A DNA stretch of 56,942 bases, the filler included, from Platydemus manokwari (lineage: Eukaryota), in assembly GCA_037951405.1 (NCBI GenBank). It is 6 parts of 6 records of this genome, joined end to end, with 100 filler letters (N's around TTAATTAATTAA, not from the genome) between each part and the next. Parts side by side here need not be neighbours in the genome. Positions count along the whole stretch, not along the records: positions 8,850 to 18,776 come from JBBMOY011188433.1; positions 18,877 to 28,329 come from JBBMOY011247985.1; 4 more parts are not named here. One strand, written 5' to 3'. Within the stretch, counting starts at the first letter, position 1. Every line of letters begins with the position of its first letter. Below the pieces are notes generated by a model. The model was given only the letters and a program-made list of their open reading frames with translations, had not been told where the DNA came from and made no database searches. A program made the translations under genes and the position numbers. Shown one piece after another: positions 13,701 through 26,691 of the stretch.

Positions 13701-15702
13701 CATTACATTTAGCCACTAAGATCTAAAAGCTTTTATGTTTTTAAAAATGCAAACACAAAATTGACAAAACAATTGCAGATTTGTGATTTTGCGCTCCAAT
13801 AAACGGATTGACACTGATCATCTATTCTCTATTTTACACCTCAGTATTTAACAACTTGTAGTTAATTTTTTCCATTAATTAGATTCTCATTCATTTTTCT
13901 CTTTTATATTGATAAAGACTGTTCATTTAAGCACAGCTGTTTTGACAATATTTTTCGATTAAATCACATTGACAAAATTTGATAGTATGTCTAAAAATCC
14001 ATGTCAACAAATGACGAATTGTATCTCTATTCATTCTCTAGTAGTCTAAAAACCATTTTTATTTACCTTGTAATCCGTTAATTAAATTTTAGTATTTTAA
14101 ACGAGCTCTTGTAAGATTTTGTCACGTTCAACATAAAATCGCGATGATTAATTGAAAACTCTAATTGTGAGAATTTACGAAATTGCATTAGATGAATTGT
14201 GTGGAGATTTGAAACATTTGGAGATTGCTTGGCACATTGAATTAGAAATAGGATTTTCAGTTTTATTGGTTTTAATTGGAATTCATAAATATTGAAAGTC
14301 AGTATAATCATTAGTGATAATATAAGTTATTAAATGGTTTATAATTTCATATAATGATGTAAAGAGCTTCACATTTGATTGAGTTATTTCTTGTTTAAAA
14401 TATAATGATAATTCATTAAAAGAAATACCAACAATAGTAACCATAACTGATACAGTTTTATATTATATTATTGATAAAAAATATTTGGGAAAATTTAAGC
14501 GTAATCATGGTCTGATTTTTAAAATGAATGACGAAAACCAAAATTTTCATTAATATTTTTAAAATAAAATTTAATTAATTTGGACCAGGCTTCTAATAAT
14601 GATCAATATAATAAAATAAGGATGTTATATAGAGATATTATAACAGAAAAATCAACTTTTACAACAAACAAAATTTCAGTTATAAAATATATGTGTATAA
14701 TAACATAGACGTTATTAATAATAATCTATTTCGACCGTCCATAATCGTTCCCGGTCTTTAAGCAGACATATTTAGCAATGAAAAAATTTTCTATACCAGC
14801 TATTTGTTTATTGGAATTTTTATAACAAATTAGTTAGTATATTTTAAATAATCAAAAAATGCATTTTAAAATGCTGAAACGCAATAAATTGTGAAACGTT
14901 AAAACCTCCTTAATCCAACCAAGAGAAGACTGACAATATAGTCAAACAGATGATAATTAAATGACATCTAGAATTCTAATTTATAATAATAATATAATTA
15001 ATTATAATTATTATATGACGTGAATGGTAACATCACTGATATAAATAGCTGTAAAATATTAAAATAATTCTCGAAGATTCAATTATCATTATTAGATTTA
15101 TAACATTGCATTAAGTACCGAAATAATAATGTTGAAGTTTTATGAAGAAAAACAGGAATCGAATTAAAATTTTGGTGTTATACGATAACAATGAACACAG
15201 CTTTAGACAAATTTAGAATTATAATTACAATTAACGGTTGCGATTTTATTTCAAACAGAATCTACTCTTTTCAGATACGTAAGAAGTGTTCAAACGCTCT
15301 TATATTAAAAATACTAGTTTAAATATAAATAGTCAGGGCAACTGTTAGCTATCCTGAAACATATGAATCATAATAAAATAATAATAATCAAATAAAATGA
15401 TACAATCAAATAAACTTTATTAAATAAGTAAATCGAATTTTATAAAACTCAAGAATCACAATTGATATTGTGGACGAATAGACCCTTCAGGATAAAATTC
15501 AGGTGTGCTCAACTAGGTTGCAAGACACCCCTGTGATCAACGAAGAAAGTGGGTGATACAGAGGTAACCTTAGTAAATTTAAATCAACTACTCACCTATT
15601 GAGATAGCTATGGATGCATAATAGTAAATAAAATCTTTAGTCATCATGTTTGTCGAATAAATTCGTAGGGTATGATTCTATATCGTCGTCGATAAATTTT
15701 CA

Positions 15703-15830
15703 TTCTTCGTAGTAATAAAAATTGATAATTCTTCGTAATAACAATAGTTAATTATGGCTCATGATAACAAAAGTTGATAATACGTCGTAGTAACAATAAT
15801 CGACAATTCTTCTTAATAATGAAAACTAAT
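15703..15830. repeat. Diverged tandem repeat, 26-bp period, 5 units
   Basis: Units start at 15703, 15729, 15755, 15781 and 15807; approximate consensus TTCTTCGTARTAACAAWARTTGATAA. Confidence 0.8.
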
Positions 15831-16167
15831 TCAATGCCTTGAGCACGTGAAATAAAGTGCCAGCAGACTGAATTTGTTTGCGCATGTATACTGATTTTGT
15901 AGCTCGCATGCGTCATATATTCCTGTGTAATTTTTTGGCATCTATTTGTTTCTAATTTTATCAACCCTTAAAATGTGATGTCTAAATTTAGAAACATTAT
16001 ACTGTTTTTAGCTAAATGAGTTACTAAAAATAGATTTTTGAAATAAATTTTTTATTTAACCTTTGAATGTACAATTATGTTATGTAAGGTTGGCTTTTTT
16101 TTAATTCGGCTTAGGATTTTTCCTGGCAGAAAAGTGTCCTATGTTACGGGTATGGCTGGATTCCAAA

Positions 16168-16300
16168 ATAACAATAACAAAACAACTACAATAATAATAA
16201 GAAGAAGAAAAAGAAGAAGAATGATGATAATAATGTATAATAATACGATACTAATAATAATGAAAATAATAATGATAGTAATAGTAATAATATGGATATT
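16168..16300. repeat. Compound trinucleotide microsatellite (AAC/AAT/AAG/GAT)
   Basis: Directly visible; it produces the low-complexity ORFs at 16077-16346 and 16139-16333. Confidence 0.85.
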
Positions 16301-16636
16301 CATGAAAATCGAAGTTTGCAATTTATATTTCATTAAACAGTATTAATCAGTATGTAAACAAATAACTCTAAAATTCAATAAAATCCTAAAATCAATATTA
16401 AACTACATAAAGCCTGGCTTGCAAATGGTAGTTGGGCATCTTTACATCACTATTTATACTTTAGATGTGTGTGTAATTTTTGTATCACTTTTGTAACACG
16501 ATTTTATTTGATATTTTACTTTTCATATAATTGGTCAATCCCTATGTACGTATCACGGTGTGGCTATATACATTTTTTAAATTAAAATGTTCCATTTAAG
16601 TCTTCTGTTTGGTTGGTTCCTATGCTTGTATAGTTG

Positions 16637-17181
16637 TGTTGGGTTATTAAACAACAATTTGAATCTACATAGCTATAATACACTCGAAATCCCAATAATA
16701 ACAAAAACAAGCCTTTACGCAATTCACAAAGAAAATCACACAAGATCAGTTCAGCGCCCGAAAGTCAAACACAGAATAAAGAGTAATCAAAAAGACTGAT
16801 TACTGAAATCACACATAAGCTAAGCACTAAAGTTACAAACCATAAAGACTGGCAAAAATCCATGAAATTCAGCCTCTTTTATAGATCCATCGAGTGTGTC
16901 TGTTTGATGTCGGGAATCTTCCTTTTCAATTCGCTAAATTTGTTTGTGGATTGATTTACTTGAGATTTCCTTATATCTATTTTGTCATTGACGGATATTT
17001 GAGCTTGCTGCCATTTGTAGGCTTGTTCCAGTTGATTCTTAACTTCTAAATATGGATTAACATTATAACGAATCTGATTGATTAACGGCACATGTGTTTA
17101 TCGGGTCGGTGTGTATTGACCCTTTTGTGGTTTTTCCTTGGTTCTTGGAACCCTTTTGACTAATTTGTGATAAACCCACCA
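16637..17181 (-). mobile_element. Solo LTR, copy A
   Basis: Termini TGTTGGG...CCCACCA; flanks GTTG/GATG (4-bp TSD, one mismatch); TATAAAAG on the minus strand. Colinear over its full length with 53604-54137 in the opposite orientation. Confidence 0.75.
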
Positions 17182-18776
17182 GATGTGTAGGCACACAAAT
17201 GCTTAAAGAGCTAAAATAACTATCCCGATGTTCAAAACCGTTTTTCTTTTGTGAAAGAACTGATGATAATAGTAATCCCGAAAGATTCACATTGTAGAGA
17301 AAATTTCCTTTCAGACCTTTTTAAAACACCTTACAAGAAGTTTTACTTGCCGAAATTGTATGAAACCTTAAGAAATACACATAATTAAAAAAAATAGAAT
17401 TCCTTCATATTTTTATTTACTTAAACACTTGTCTTTTCCTTTTTCTGTATTATTGTTTAATGTCTATTAATACTCTTCTGATTTGAAAACTGAACTTCTA
17501 TTTTATTTAAATCTTACAAATTAATTGAATTATATAAGAAAAAAACTAATTAATAGCACTGCAATAACCAAAACTAATTCACATGGTGATATTGTGATCA
17601 GACAAGGATAATTATCATTATCAATCGTTGCCTTAATATGATTTTAAGAATATAATCATATCAATCATTAGATTTTCGAACTTATAATTATTTTGACCTC
17701 ATTATGTCACATTTAATCATTCGCAAACAATTGTTAATTAAATCCCGACTAAAAAAGTTTGAGATTTTCATTTAAACAGTCCGTAACAAACATTGAATGT
17801 TAAAAATAACGATTTAGCTAAATCCATTAAAATGATTCCATAAATTTTGGACTTTAATGATCGAATTTCTTTAACGAAAGTGGCAATAACTTGCATGTGA
17901 TATTATTGAATCATAACAATTTCAAAGAATTAATGAGAAATATTATTATTAAAAAGATTTATTATAATAGTTAAATGCTTTTTACTTATGGTATAATTAT
18001 TGTGTACCATATGTGATGGAATTAAAATGACAGAAATTCAGTTATATTCTGAATATGGTCATTATCAACTTTACAATTACATTGTAAGTTATTTTAAAAT
18101 GCGCTAAAACTGCTCTTTATTTTATCGATATTTTACCATTTTTTATGTCTAGTTGATGAAATCTTCGATAATCTCATATCGGTTGACAGATGATTGATTT
18201 TTAAGAAATTATCAAATCAAGATGGTAAAACATTTCACTATTAACTAAAGACCAGATATTCGGAAAGTGATGTGAGGCGAAAGTCAAGTTCATATAATAA
18301 AGAAAAAATTGTCCATAAAGTTGACATTAATTTCCACTTTTAATAAGGAATCAATTAAGGAAATGAGATATCTTTTTGTATTGGTAAGCCTAATAATGTA
18401 TTTTATTATCTGAAACAGCTGTACAATATGAATTAAAATTTTGTATTTACTAAAAGATGGTCCCTCCAATTCAATAGAAGATCATTGACTGTACAGAACA
18501 TTTTCCTGAATCGGATCTTTACTTTTTTACTACAATTTGATAATCTCGAAACTGGTCATTTTATTTTCAATTTATTCGACTTAAAATTTGCATTTTAATT
18601 AAACTCGTTTGCGATTACCAAATACTGATAAAGTATTAATTACTTTAAATCAAAATTTAAACAATTAATTAAATTTTAACTTCATTTTTGTATACTGGTT
18701 GTGAGGATTAATTAAAATAATTAAAAAAATAACAACTTTTAAAACATTTTGAAATTTAATATTGTTATATAAAATG

Positions 18777-18876
18777 NNNNNNNNNNNNNNNNNNNNNNNN
18801 NNNNNNNNNNNNNNNNNNNNTTAATTAATTAANNNNNNNNNNNNNNNNNNNNNNNNNNNNNNNNNNNNNNNNNNNN
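18777..18876. other. Artificial scaffold-joining spacer
   Basis: 44N-TTAATTAATTAA-44N. Confidence 0.98.
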
Positions 18877-19038
18877 ATTAAATAATAGTTTTCATTTCTT
18901 TAAATGTTTAAGTAAACAGTAGATATATTTTTACAAAATAATGTAAATTTGCAGTTTTGAATATCAAGTTGACGTTTCTACAATGTAGCCGTAATTGATT
19001 ACAGCTAAATAAGTTAATGCGGTCACATTTTATTACAG

Positions 19039-19241
19039 CTGGAAGTGATATCAATTACCAGAACAATGAAGGACTCTCTCCCTTGATGTTGGCAGCACAA
19101 AGATGCTGTAGAGGTATTTCTGTTTTACTCGATTCTGGAGCAGATGTGAATGCTGTCAGCGAAAATGATTCCACCAAAACAGCTATTTCATTTCTCCCAA
19201 CTGAAATGTACAAGTTCAGTAGAACAGACTTAAAGTTTTGA
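19039..19241 (+). CDS. Last exon of an ankyrin-repeat protein (5' part lost at the scaffold edge)
   Basis: Acceptor ttattacag, then AGSDINYQNNEGLSPLMLAA...LLDSGADVNAV, an ankyrin consensus; TGA stop at 19239-19241. Confidence 0.8.
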
Positions 19242-19466
19242 GTGGAGTATCTTTATACATATTTTGAAAAATAACTTTCTTTTAATTTACTTGATAATCT
19301 CATTGCCTAGATAAAAGATTATCTAAATTTTATATTTATAAGCTAATATCATGAGAATAAAGTTTTCATAAGAAATTTTTTATCAAATAAGTTGAAATTC
19401 ATAAAATTCATGTTTGTTTATTTAAATTTAAATTTAAATTTGTTTATTTGATACCTTATTAGAATT

Positions 19467-20796
19467 ATGAGTCTTTGGGTAGATAAATACAAGCCATCAT
19501 CTTTAAATGAACTTCATTATCATAAGGATCAAGCACTTAGTCTTCAAAAATTGGTATGTTGATATGATTTAAATAAATTTAACTTAATTAATTCAAGGTT
19601 TCTAATAATGACTTTCCACACCTTTTGATGTATGGTCCATCTGGTGCTGGGAAGAAAACACGAATTCATTGCATTCTTAAAGAACTTTACGGTCAAGGTG
19701 TTGACAAATTACGTCTAGAACACCAAGAATTCGTTACTCCTTCTAATAAAAAAATTGACATTTGCTTAGTTGTTAGTAATTATCATATCGAAGTGAATCC
19801 TAGGTTTTTATTTATAATGAAAACTATTCTTTATAATAAATGTGTTTAGTGATGTTGGTATTCACGATAGAGTAGTAGTACAAGACTTGATTAAGAATGC
19901 AGCTTCCACACAACAATTAAGCTTAGGTCAAAAGAAAGAATTCAAAGTTATTGTTATGCATGAAGTTGATAAATTGTCAACAGATGCTCAACATGCACTA
20001 CGTAGAACCATGGAAAAATATATGGCTTCTTGTCGGTTAATTCTATGTGCTGAATCTACTAGTAAAGTAAGGCAAAATTCTTTTTGAATTTCTTAGAAAT
20101 TAAATTAAATTAATCGTTATAATTTTTATTTAATTAAAAATAGGTAATTCCTGCTATTCGATCTCGATGTTTACCGATTCGAGTTCCTGCTCCTAACCCA
20201 AAAGAAATCGAGGGGATAATAATGACAGTGTGTAAAAATGAGAATCTTCAAATGCCACAAATGTTAGCGAAGAGAATATCTGAATCGGCCAACGGCAATC
20301 TCAGACAAGCATTACTGACAGCTGAAACTTGCAAAGTACAACAGTATCCATTCTCTGAAAACCAATCAATAGACATTCCTGAATGGAAGAGTTATATTCA
20401 AGAAACTGCTTCGAAAATTATCAATGAACAGAGTCCTAAAAGGTTTCAATAGTAAATCATCATAGTGTTAAATATAATGTGTCGATTTTAAGACTACTTG
20501 AAGTAAGAGGTCGATTTTATGAATTGTTAGCTCATTGCATCCCTGCAGAAATTATATTAAAGGTGATTCTCGTAATGAAAGATATTATTAATGCCCTATT
20601 TTAGACTCTCGTTGATGAATTAGCTGTTTTGAGTGATTTGCAAATTAAAATTGAACTCTATCAGATGGCTGCTGTTTATGATTATAGGATGCGTCTGGGA
20701 CAGAAGTCGATTTTTCATCTCGAAGCATTTGTCGCCAAATTCATGAGTGTATATAAAAGCTTTTTTGATAATGTTTCCATGGATGATGATTGGTAG
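19467..20796 (+). CDS. RFC3: Replication factor C subunit 3 (ortholog of yeast Rfc5), complete, 6 exons
   Basis: Exons 19467-19553, 19598-19803, 19850-20066, 20144-20442, 20493-20562 and 20605-20796 splice in frame. Motifs MSLWVDKY.P, GPSGAGKKT, AQHALRRTMEKY, AIRSRC and FHLEAFVAKFM. Confidence 0.96.
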
Positions 20797-22789
20797 ATTT
20801 ATCTTGTCGATATAAAATATATGTTTCAACTTTTCATTTGTATATTTATTATAAGGATATTTGATACTATTTGTGTTAAAATAAGCAATTGTCGTCTGAA
20901 ATTTCAAATATTCAATTGAAAGAATTCTGAGTTCTGATATTATAATTTATTTTTTTACTAAGTAGGTGACCTAAATTTATTTAATTAACGATACATTACA
21001 AAATAATTTTGTAAATTATATTTATAGATTAAATTTATAATGTAAACCTTGTTGATGTAAAATAGATATAAAGTTATTAAAACAACAATTGTTACAAAGC
21101 ATATCTTATAACGGATTTAAAACATCAGATAAAAGATAAATAGAGTAAAATTCTTTGGCTTTAGTTAAGAAAAAGGATTCTTTGACCTACTTTCATAATG
21201 ATGAATTTCAGAGGATGAGGTAATTTCATAATCTAATTTGATATATAATTTTCTCAGATGTTAATTTCATATTTATATAATAATTTTTTCTCAAGTATTG
21301 TTAAAAAAATTCTTAATATAAATTATCATTTGGATAAATTTTGTTTAAATTTGTCAAAAGTTCGAATATTCAAAAGAGGACAAAAATTGTTCAAATAAAT
21401 TAACATTTAGTAAATCTACTGAGAAGAAAATTAGTATTTGTAAAAACTATATAAATTCAAATAAAGATTAGAATCGTATCATTTCTATACTAATCGTTTA
21501 CAATAAGTATCAATACAATAATAATAATAATAAAATGACAAAAACCAAACACAAATACAGGTTGTAATTCTTAATATAGAAAATATATTGCTAATATATG
21601 TTATCTAAACTAAAGAAAACAATCGAAGGTTAGTAACATGTCAATTACTAATGAAAAGAACAGCAACAAAAATATCATGTTTTCTTATTCAAAAAAGCAA
21701 ACAGGCAACAACGCAGCACTCATAAGTTGACTTATTAACTCAGAAATATAAACTGAGTGCTCGGTCAGTTCAGTGCATTTAAACGTACGTTATTCGGATG
21801 ATCTGAAGTTACTCAATAATTTCATAACCAGGTGATTACAGAGAAATTTTTATATGACTTATTTCCTTTTTAATTAAAAAAGCTATTTATCAATAGCATT
21901 GCTATTTATTAATAAAGCTATTATATCAGTAAAGTCAGTCATTAAATATTTTTCTCCCTGGAGGTTCATGTAGATCTACAAAATCGATTGAATTATTATA
22001 AAATCATTGTGAACATTTTACAATTATATTGTGAATTGTGATGTGTATTATTTTATACATTTTTAAATATTCTTATTTTAAAATCAAAATTCTCAACTTT
22101 AGAATAAACAAAGTGAGATTAAGCTCAAGTTATTTTGGAATTTAAACCACTCTTCATGTAACATCAACACTTTTCATAATAAACCTAAAACATTTGTTAC
22201 CAAGAATAACAATGTAGATTATTGGCCGCAGTCATATATTTTTGTCATATATAATATAATTGTATATATTTTTGAATAAATAAATATTAATATTATTTCA
22301 ATCTTACATAGCGTCAAGAACAAATGTAGAACTAGCGTCTTATTTTTAAGGAACCGGAACAAATACACCAAAGCCATATAAATTCCTGAAAATTTGAAAA
22401 CAAGATTTTATTAAATTACCGATTCTAGTGTAAAGAATGAGATAAAATTCTAATTAAATTACGCCGGTGATTTCACTTCAATTAAGAAAATTCTTGGTGA
22501 CATGTACGTCAAGAAAAAGCAGGTAATTACAACATATATGGTTATCGGAACATTGAAACAACGGCTATTAGAGCCGATCAAATATTTTTCAGGACGAGTT
22601 AAAATTTCCATAATTGAGATTAATGTTGAAAATGAATATGAAGCTTCCAAGAAAATTTTTATAAAAGGTTGATTAAAATATCTATAAGAGTGAGCTGAAG
22701 CAAATAAACCATAAGAATATAGACGAAGCAGTCAGAACATCAAAGAATAAACATTTTAGGTTCAGGCCTTATTGATTTTATTGTTTAAC

Positions 22790-23753
22790 TAAATATTTAA
22801 TGAAGGTTCTAACGAAATTAAAGAAAAGTTATGAAAATACGAGATCGTGAAACATGGTATCTAAACAAACATTGACCAAACAATAGATATCAAACCGTAT
22901 AGAATTTCAATAACGTTAGAAGAAAAAATAATACATCTAATCGATTGAATTTCGGATTCAAACTTTATTAGTCTAAATAATTCAGTGTGGAATCAACCAA
23001 TAGTGCTAGTAAGAAAAAAGAATGGAGATAATAGAATGTGTGGTGATTATAGGTAGTTAAATGCAGATATGTCCAGGCCAATTTTTCCTCTACTGAATTC
23101 CTAAGAAATATTTGATGATATATATTTGACTCATATTTTTCAACAATTAATTTGAGGAGGGCTATTATTAAGTGGAAATGGATATAGAAGCCAAAGAAAA
23201 ACTGAATTCAGCACTAGATACAGATAGTTTCAGTTTAAACAAATGCCCTTTGGATTGTGTTCAGCATCTGTAACTTTTCAGAAACTTATGAATGTTATAT
23301 TGAATACAGAAAATTGGACAGAACAGTCAATGAACGCAATGAGAGGTTGAAAAGAGTTTTGAATCGAATTAAAGAGACTGAGCTAAAAATGGCTCTGAAG
23401 AAGTGTTTTTCTTAAAAAAATAAAGAAACGGAATATTCTTATTAAAAAATGGACATAACCACGCAGTAACACACATATAGGGATTTACCCGAACAAGGAA
23501 AATCAATATATCCTATTGAAACTTCAAAAACCAAAGATCAAATCAAAACATGATGCAGAAATTACATACAAATCTCCAGTATAAAAACTTATGTAAAGAT
23601 GGCCAACTACCAGTTGAAAGCTATCTAATATGACATTTTGTCTTTGATTTGTGGAGTACTTTGATGAATTTTGGAATTGTTGATGTACTAGCTGATTAGC
23701 ACGAATTATTACGAATAAAACTTTCGCAACCTTAATTTTTTCTGGACCCGACA
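22790..23753 (+). mobile_element. Decayed Ty3/gypsy RT fragment with possible LTR remnant
   Basis: WNQPIVLVRKKNGDNRMCGDYR and QMPFGLCSASVTFQKLMN, with many stops. The 3' part ends AATAAA...ACCCGACA, like an LTR end. Confidence 0.8.
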
Positions 23754-24503
23754 ATATATTTTATTTTCTATCAATGTTGATCATTTAATATTAAAATAAA
23801 CAAAAATCCATTTATGATTACTTTCATAAAACAAATATCAGGTGAATTTCATATTTTGCGAAAAGTTATTTTCCTTGAAATATTAGTAACTGTTATAACT
23901 TTCTACTTCCAGTTTTAAACAAAATATACTTTAATTTTAAATTGAATTTTGATTGATTCTAATACTTAAACTTAACGAATAGTAGTTACCATTGGTTTGT
24001 ACTTTTTAGATATAAAAATACTAATGAAACACTTTATTTATTTGAGAGCTTTCAAACACTAAATGATAAATGTATCAAACACTTATGATGCATTATAATA
24101 AATTGAACAAAAATTATATTCGTAATCTTCAATTTAATAGCAAACTATTAAATTGATATTTAAAGAACCATCGCAAGAAAAGATCACTATTAAAAAAATC
24201 AAATTCAGTTTATTTTTCTAAAACATAAAATCCTTGCATAACATCCATGGTTTAAAATTACAAAATCACGCCAATTCAACAAAAAAGACATAAAAACATA
24301 ACAGAGCACACAATAAAAATAACAAACCATAAAAACATTTTTTCCTTTTTGCAAGGATAAGCAAAACTAAATATCCAAGTTATTTATACTAATAACACGC
24401 AACACAAATACATTAATAAGATGTAAAATATATGTTAACAATATGGTAAATGGTTTGGATAGATAGATATATATGTATTTTGTTTTACTGTCCTGAATTC
24501 TTA

Positions 24504-26691
24504 TTAAAAGGATGGCAACTGATTCAATGGGACAACTGGAGTAACATTAGCAGGAAATAATTTTTCAGCGTGAGGCCGCATCAGTTTGTACACGACATTC
24601 AAAGTACCCTCTGCTACACCTGCAACTTCACCAATGTCTAAAATAAGCAATAAAATTATTAAAACAATAAAATCAAAATCAAAGAACCACATTTCACTCT
24701 ACGATTAATTTCAAGCATAAAACATAATAATGGTAAAAACAAAACTATTGAAAGAACACTGAAGTGCTCAATATCAATTTGTTTAAGATCTATGACTACT
24801 CAATATTAATACAACCAATGTGTATATATGATTTGGTAGAAATAGTGACCTTAAAATATTCATTTTGGTTTTCATATTCACACTCTTATCAAAGTTAATA
24901 TCAGTCTAATATTATTAAATTATTTCAGTGCTAATGTGAGTGGTTAAATTGCTAATTTTGCTTTTCATATAATCAATCAATTTCAATTTTATAAAAAGAA
25001 AATCAAATAATGGGTTTCACACTTCAATAAATCAATACATTTACTATATGCTTTTGTGGAATTGTAATTATTGACGACAACAACTGTTTTAATATTACAC
25101 ACACACACACAAACACCATAATATATAAACAATTATCATATATCAACATTAATCATTTAATAAAACAAAACATGTTTTGAGACAACTTATGTCTTTATAT
25201 TCATCTCTCAATAAATGGTTCAATTTTTTTTATTGTTTTTGTCTTTATTAACATCCATAGCAAAACAATTATTTATTTTGTAGAGAATACTACACTGCTA
25301 AATGTGATTGCCGTTTTATAAATGACATTGAAAATAACTTATTAACCCTTTCAATACGACTTTTGGCCAGTGAAAATATTTTTGTATAACTGAACTATAT
25401 GTGCTGCAAATAAATAAAGAAACGTTTACATAATTTCAAATTGTTAGAAAATATGGTTTCTCTGGAACTTATATATCCCCGCAGTATTGAAAGGGTTAAT
25501 AATAATAAAATTACAATTAATATAGATTTTAATAATAATTAATACAAGTTATGAAAATAACATTAAAACAATATTGCAAAGAAAAATATTTTAAAAAAAA
25601 ACCTTTAAATAATAAAAAAATATAAATTTTAAAGAAAATTTTGATTTGTTTCTTCTTTACCTTTTTTCTCTTTTTTAATACCCATAGCTAACAAAGCCAT
25701 ATAGATCGAAGCAGCCGCTATCGAAACTGGACTTCTACCAGCCACCATGTTATCATCTAAAGCTTTCTTTGAAATTTCTTTTGCAATCTTTTCCAATTTC
25801 GGAACGCCAAGCTGATAACAGAAACGAGCCATAAAATCTTCTCCAGTTGCATTGCTGACACTGGTAGATAAAATATGTACAATCTTTTTGAATATTTTCC
25901 CGATATCTTTTTTAGAAACATTCGAAACGGCGCAAATTTCTGATTTTTTATGAAATTCATAATTTCATATATATATGACAAAATAATACCTTTGAAAGTT
26001 CTTGGAACCTTCTGCTTACGACAAGCCATAAACAGACATGACGTCGCTACAGCTTCATTATTGCGACCTCGTAATTGTTTTGATTCGTGAACTTGTTTAA
26101 AAAGGCTCATTGCTTCATCCTAGTATATAAAAACATAAAAGATATCTATATTGCTAAGAATTTCTACAGTGATTAATTTTGGTAAATTAATTCGATCACC
26201 CATAGCCCGAATATTTGAATGAGCCGTTTTTAAAGTGCGATCGGAAGAGCTGAGAGTTGATCTACTCTTATATAGAGGATTACCATTTTCGTCCATGTGA
26301 CGAATGTTATTGGTTTGTTGAATTGTTATGGAAGTTTCTGTTTCTGATTTTAAACCACTTTCAACTTCCCCGACTCGACTCATATCTTTCGAATCAGTAT
26401 CATTAGCGAAAGATCTCCATTCGGATTCAAAGTCAATAACTCTAACATTTTCATTTAAAGATTTATTTTTTTACTATTTAAATTATTAACTGACCTTTCA
26501 GCCACTACGAGACCGCATCTAGGACATATAAGATCGCCAGCTTTATAATCTTCAATAAGTGTCGCACCAGGATGATATTTGCAATGTACTTTGTTCCTAG
26601 AGAAATTATCAAAAAACAATTAAAGCAAAAAATAATCACGTGGTTTTGTTAAAAAACTAGTAACTAACATACAAAAATTATTCTACGTCAT
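24504..26691 (-). CDS. GTF2B: General transcription factor IIB (TFIIB)
   Basis: Exons 26691-26687 (ATG AC, tentative), 26596-26495, 26441-26168, 26119-25990, 25939-25661 and 24637-24504. Zinc ribbon CKYH...CPRCG, B-reader EWRSF, SRVG, and cyclin repeats LRGR...CLFMACR...PRTFKEI and [15 protein letters not shown]. Confidence 0.94.
25346..25495. mobile_element. piggyBac-like MITE (150 bp) in the last TFIIB intron
   Basis: TTAA|CCCTTTCAATAC...GTATTGAAAGGG|TTAA: perfect 12-bp TIR with TTAA target duplication. Confidence 0.88.

Noticed and set aside
16077-16346. ORFs on both strands with poly-N/I/R/L runs
   Set aside because: Products of a trinucleotide microsatellite.
16142-16498. TGTTAC...GTAACA-bounded solo LTR
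   Set aside because: Only a 6-bp inverted repeat, no TSD, and the interior is mostly microsatellite.
5813-26691. Endogenous giant virus (PolB, RFC, TFIIB and ankyrin are all NCLDV-type genes)
   Set aside because: RFC3 and TFIIB are intron-rich, animal-type genes on a different scaffold piece, and the PolB is of the protein-primed Polinton type.
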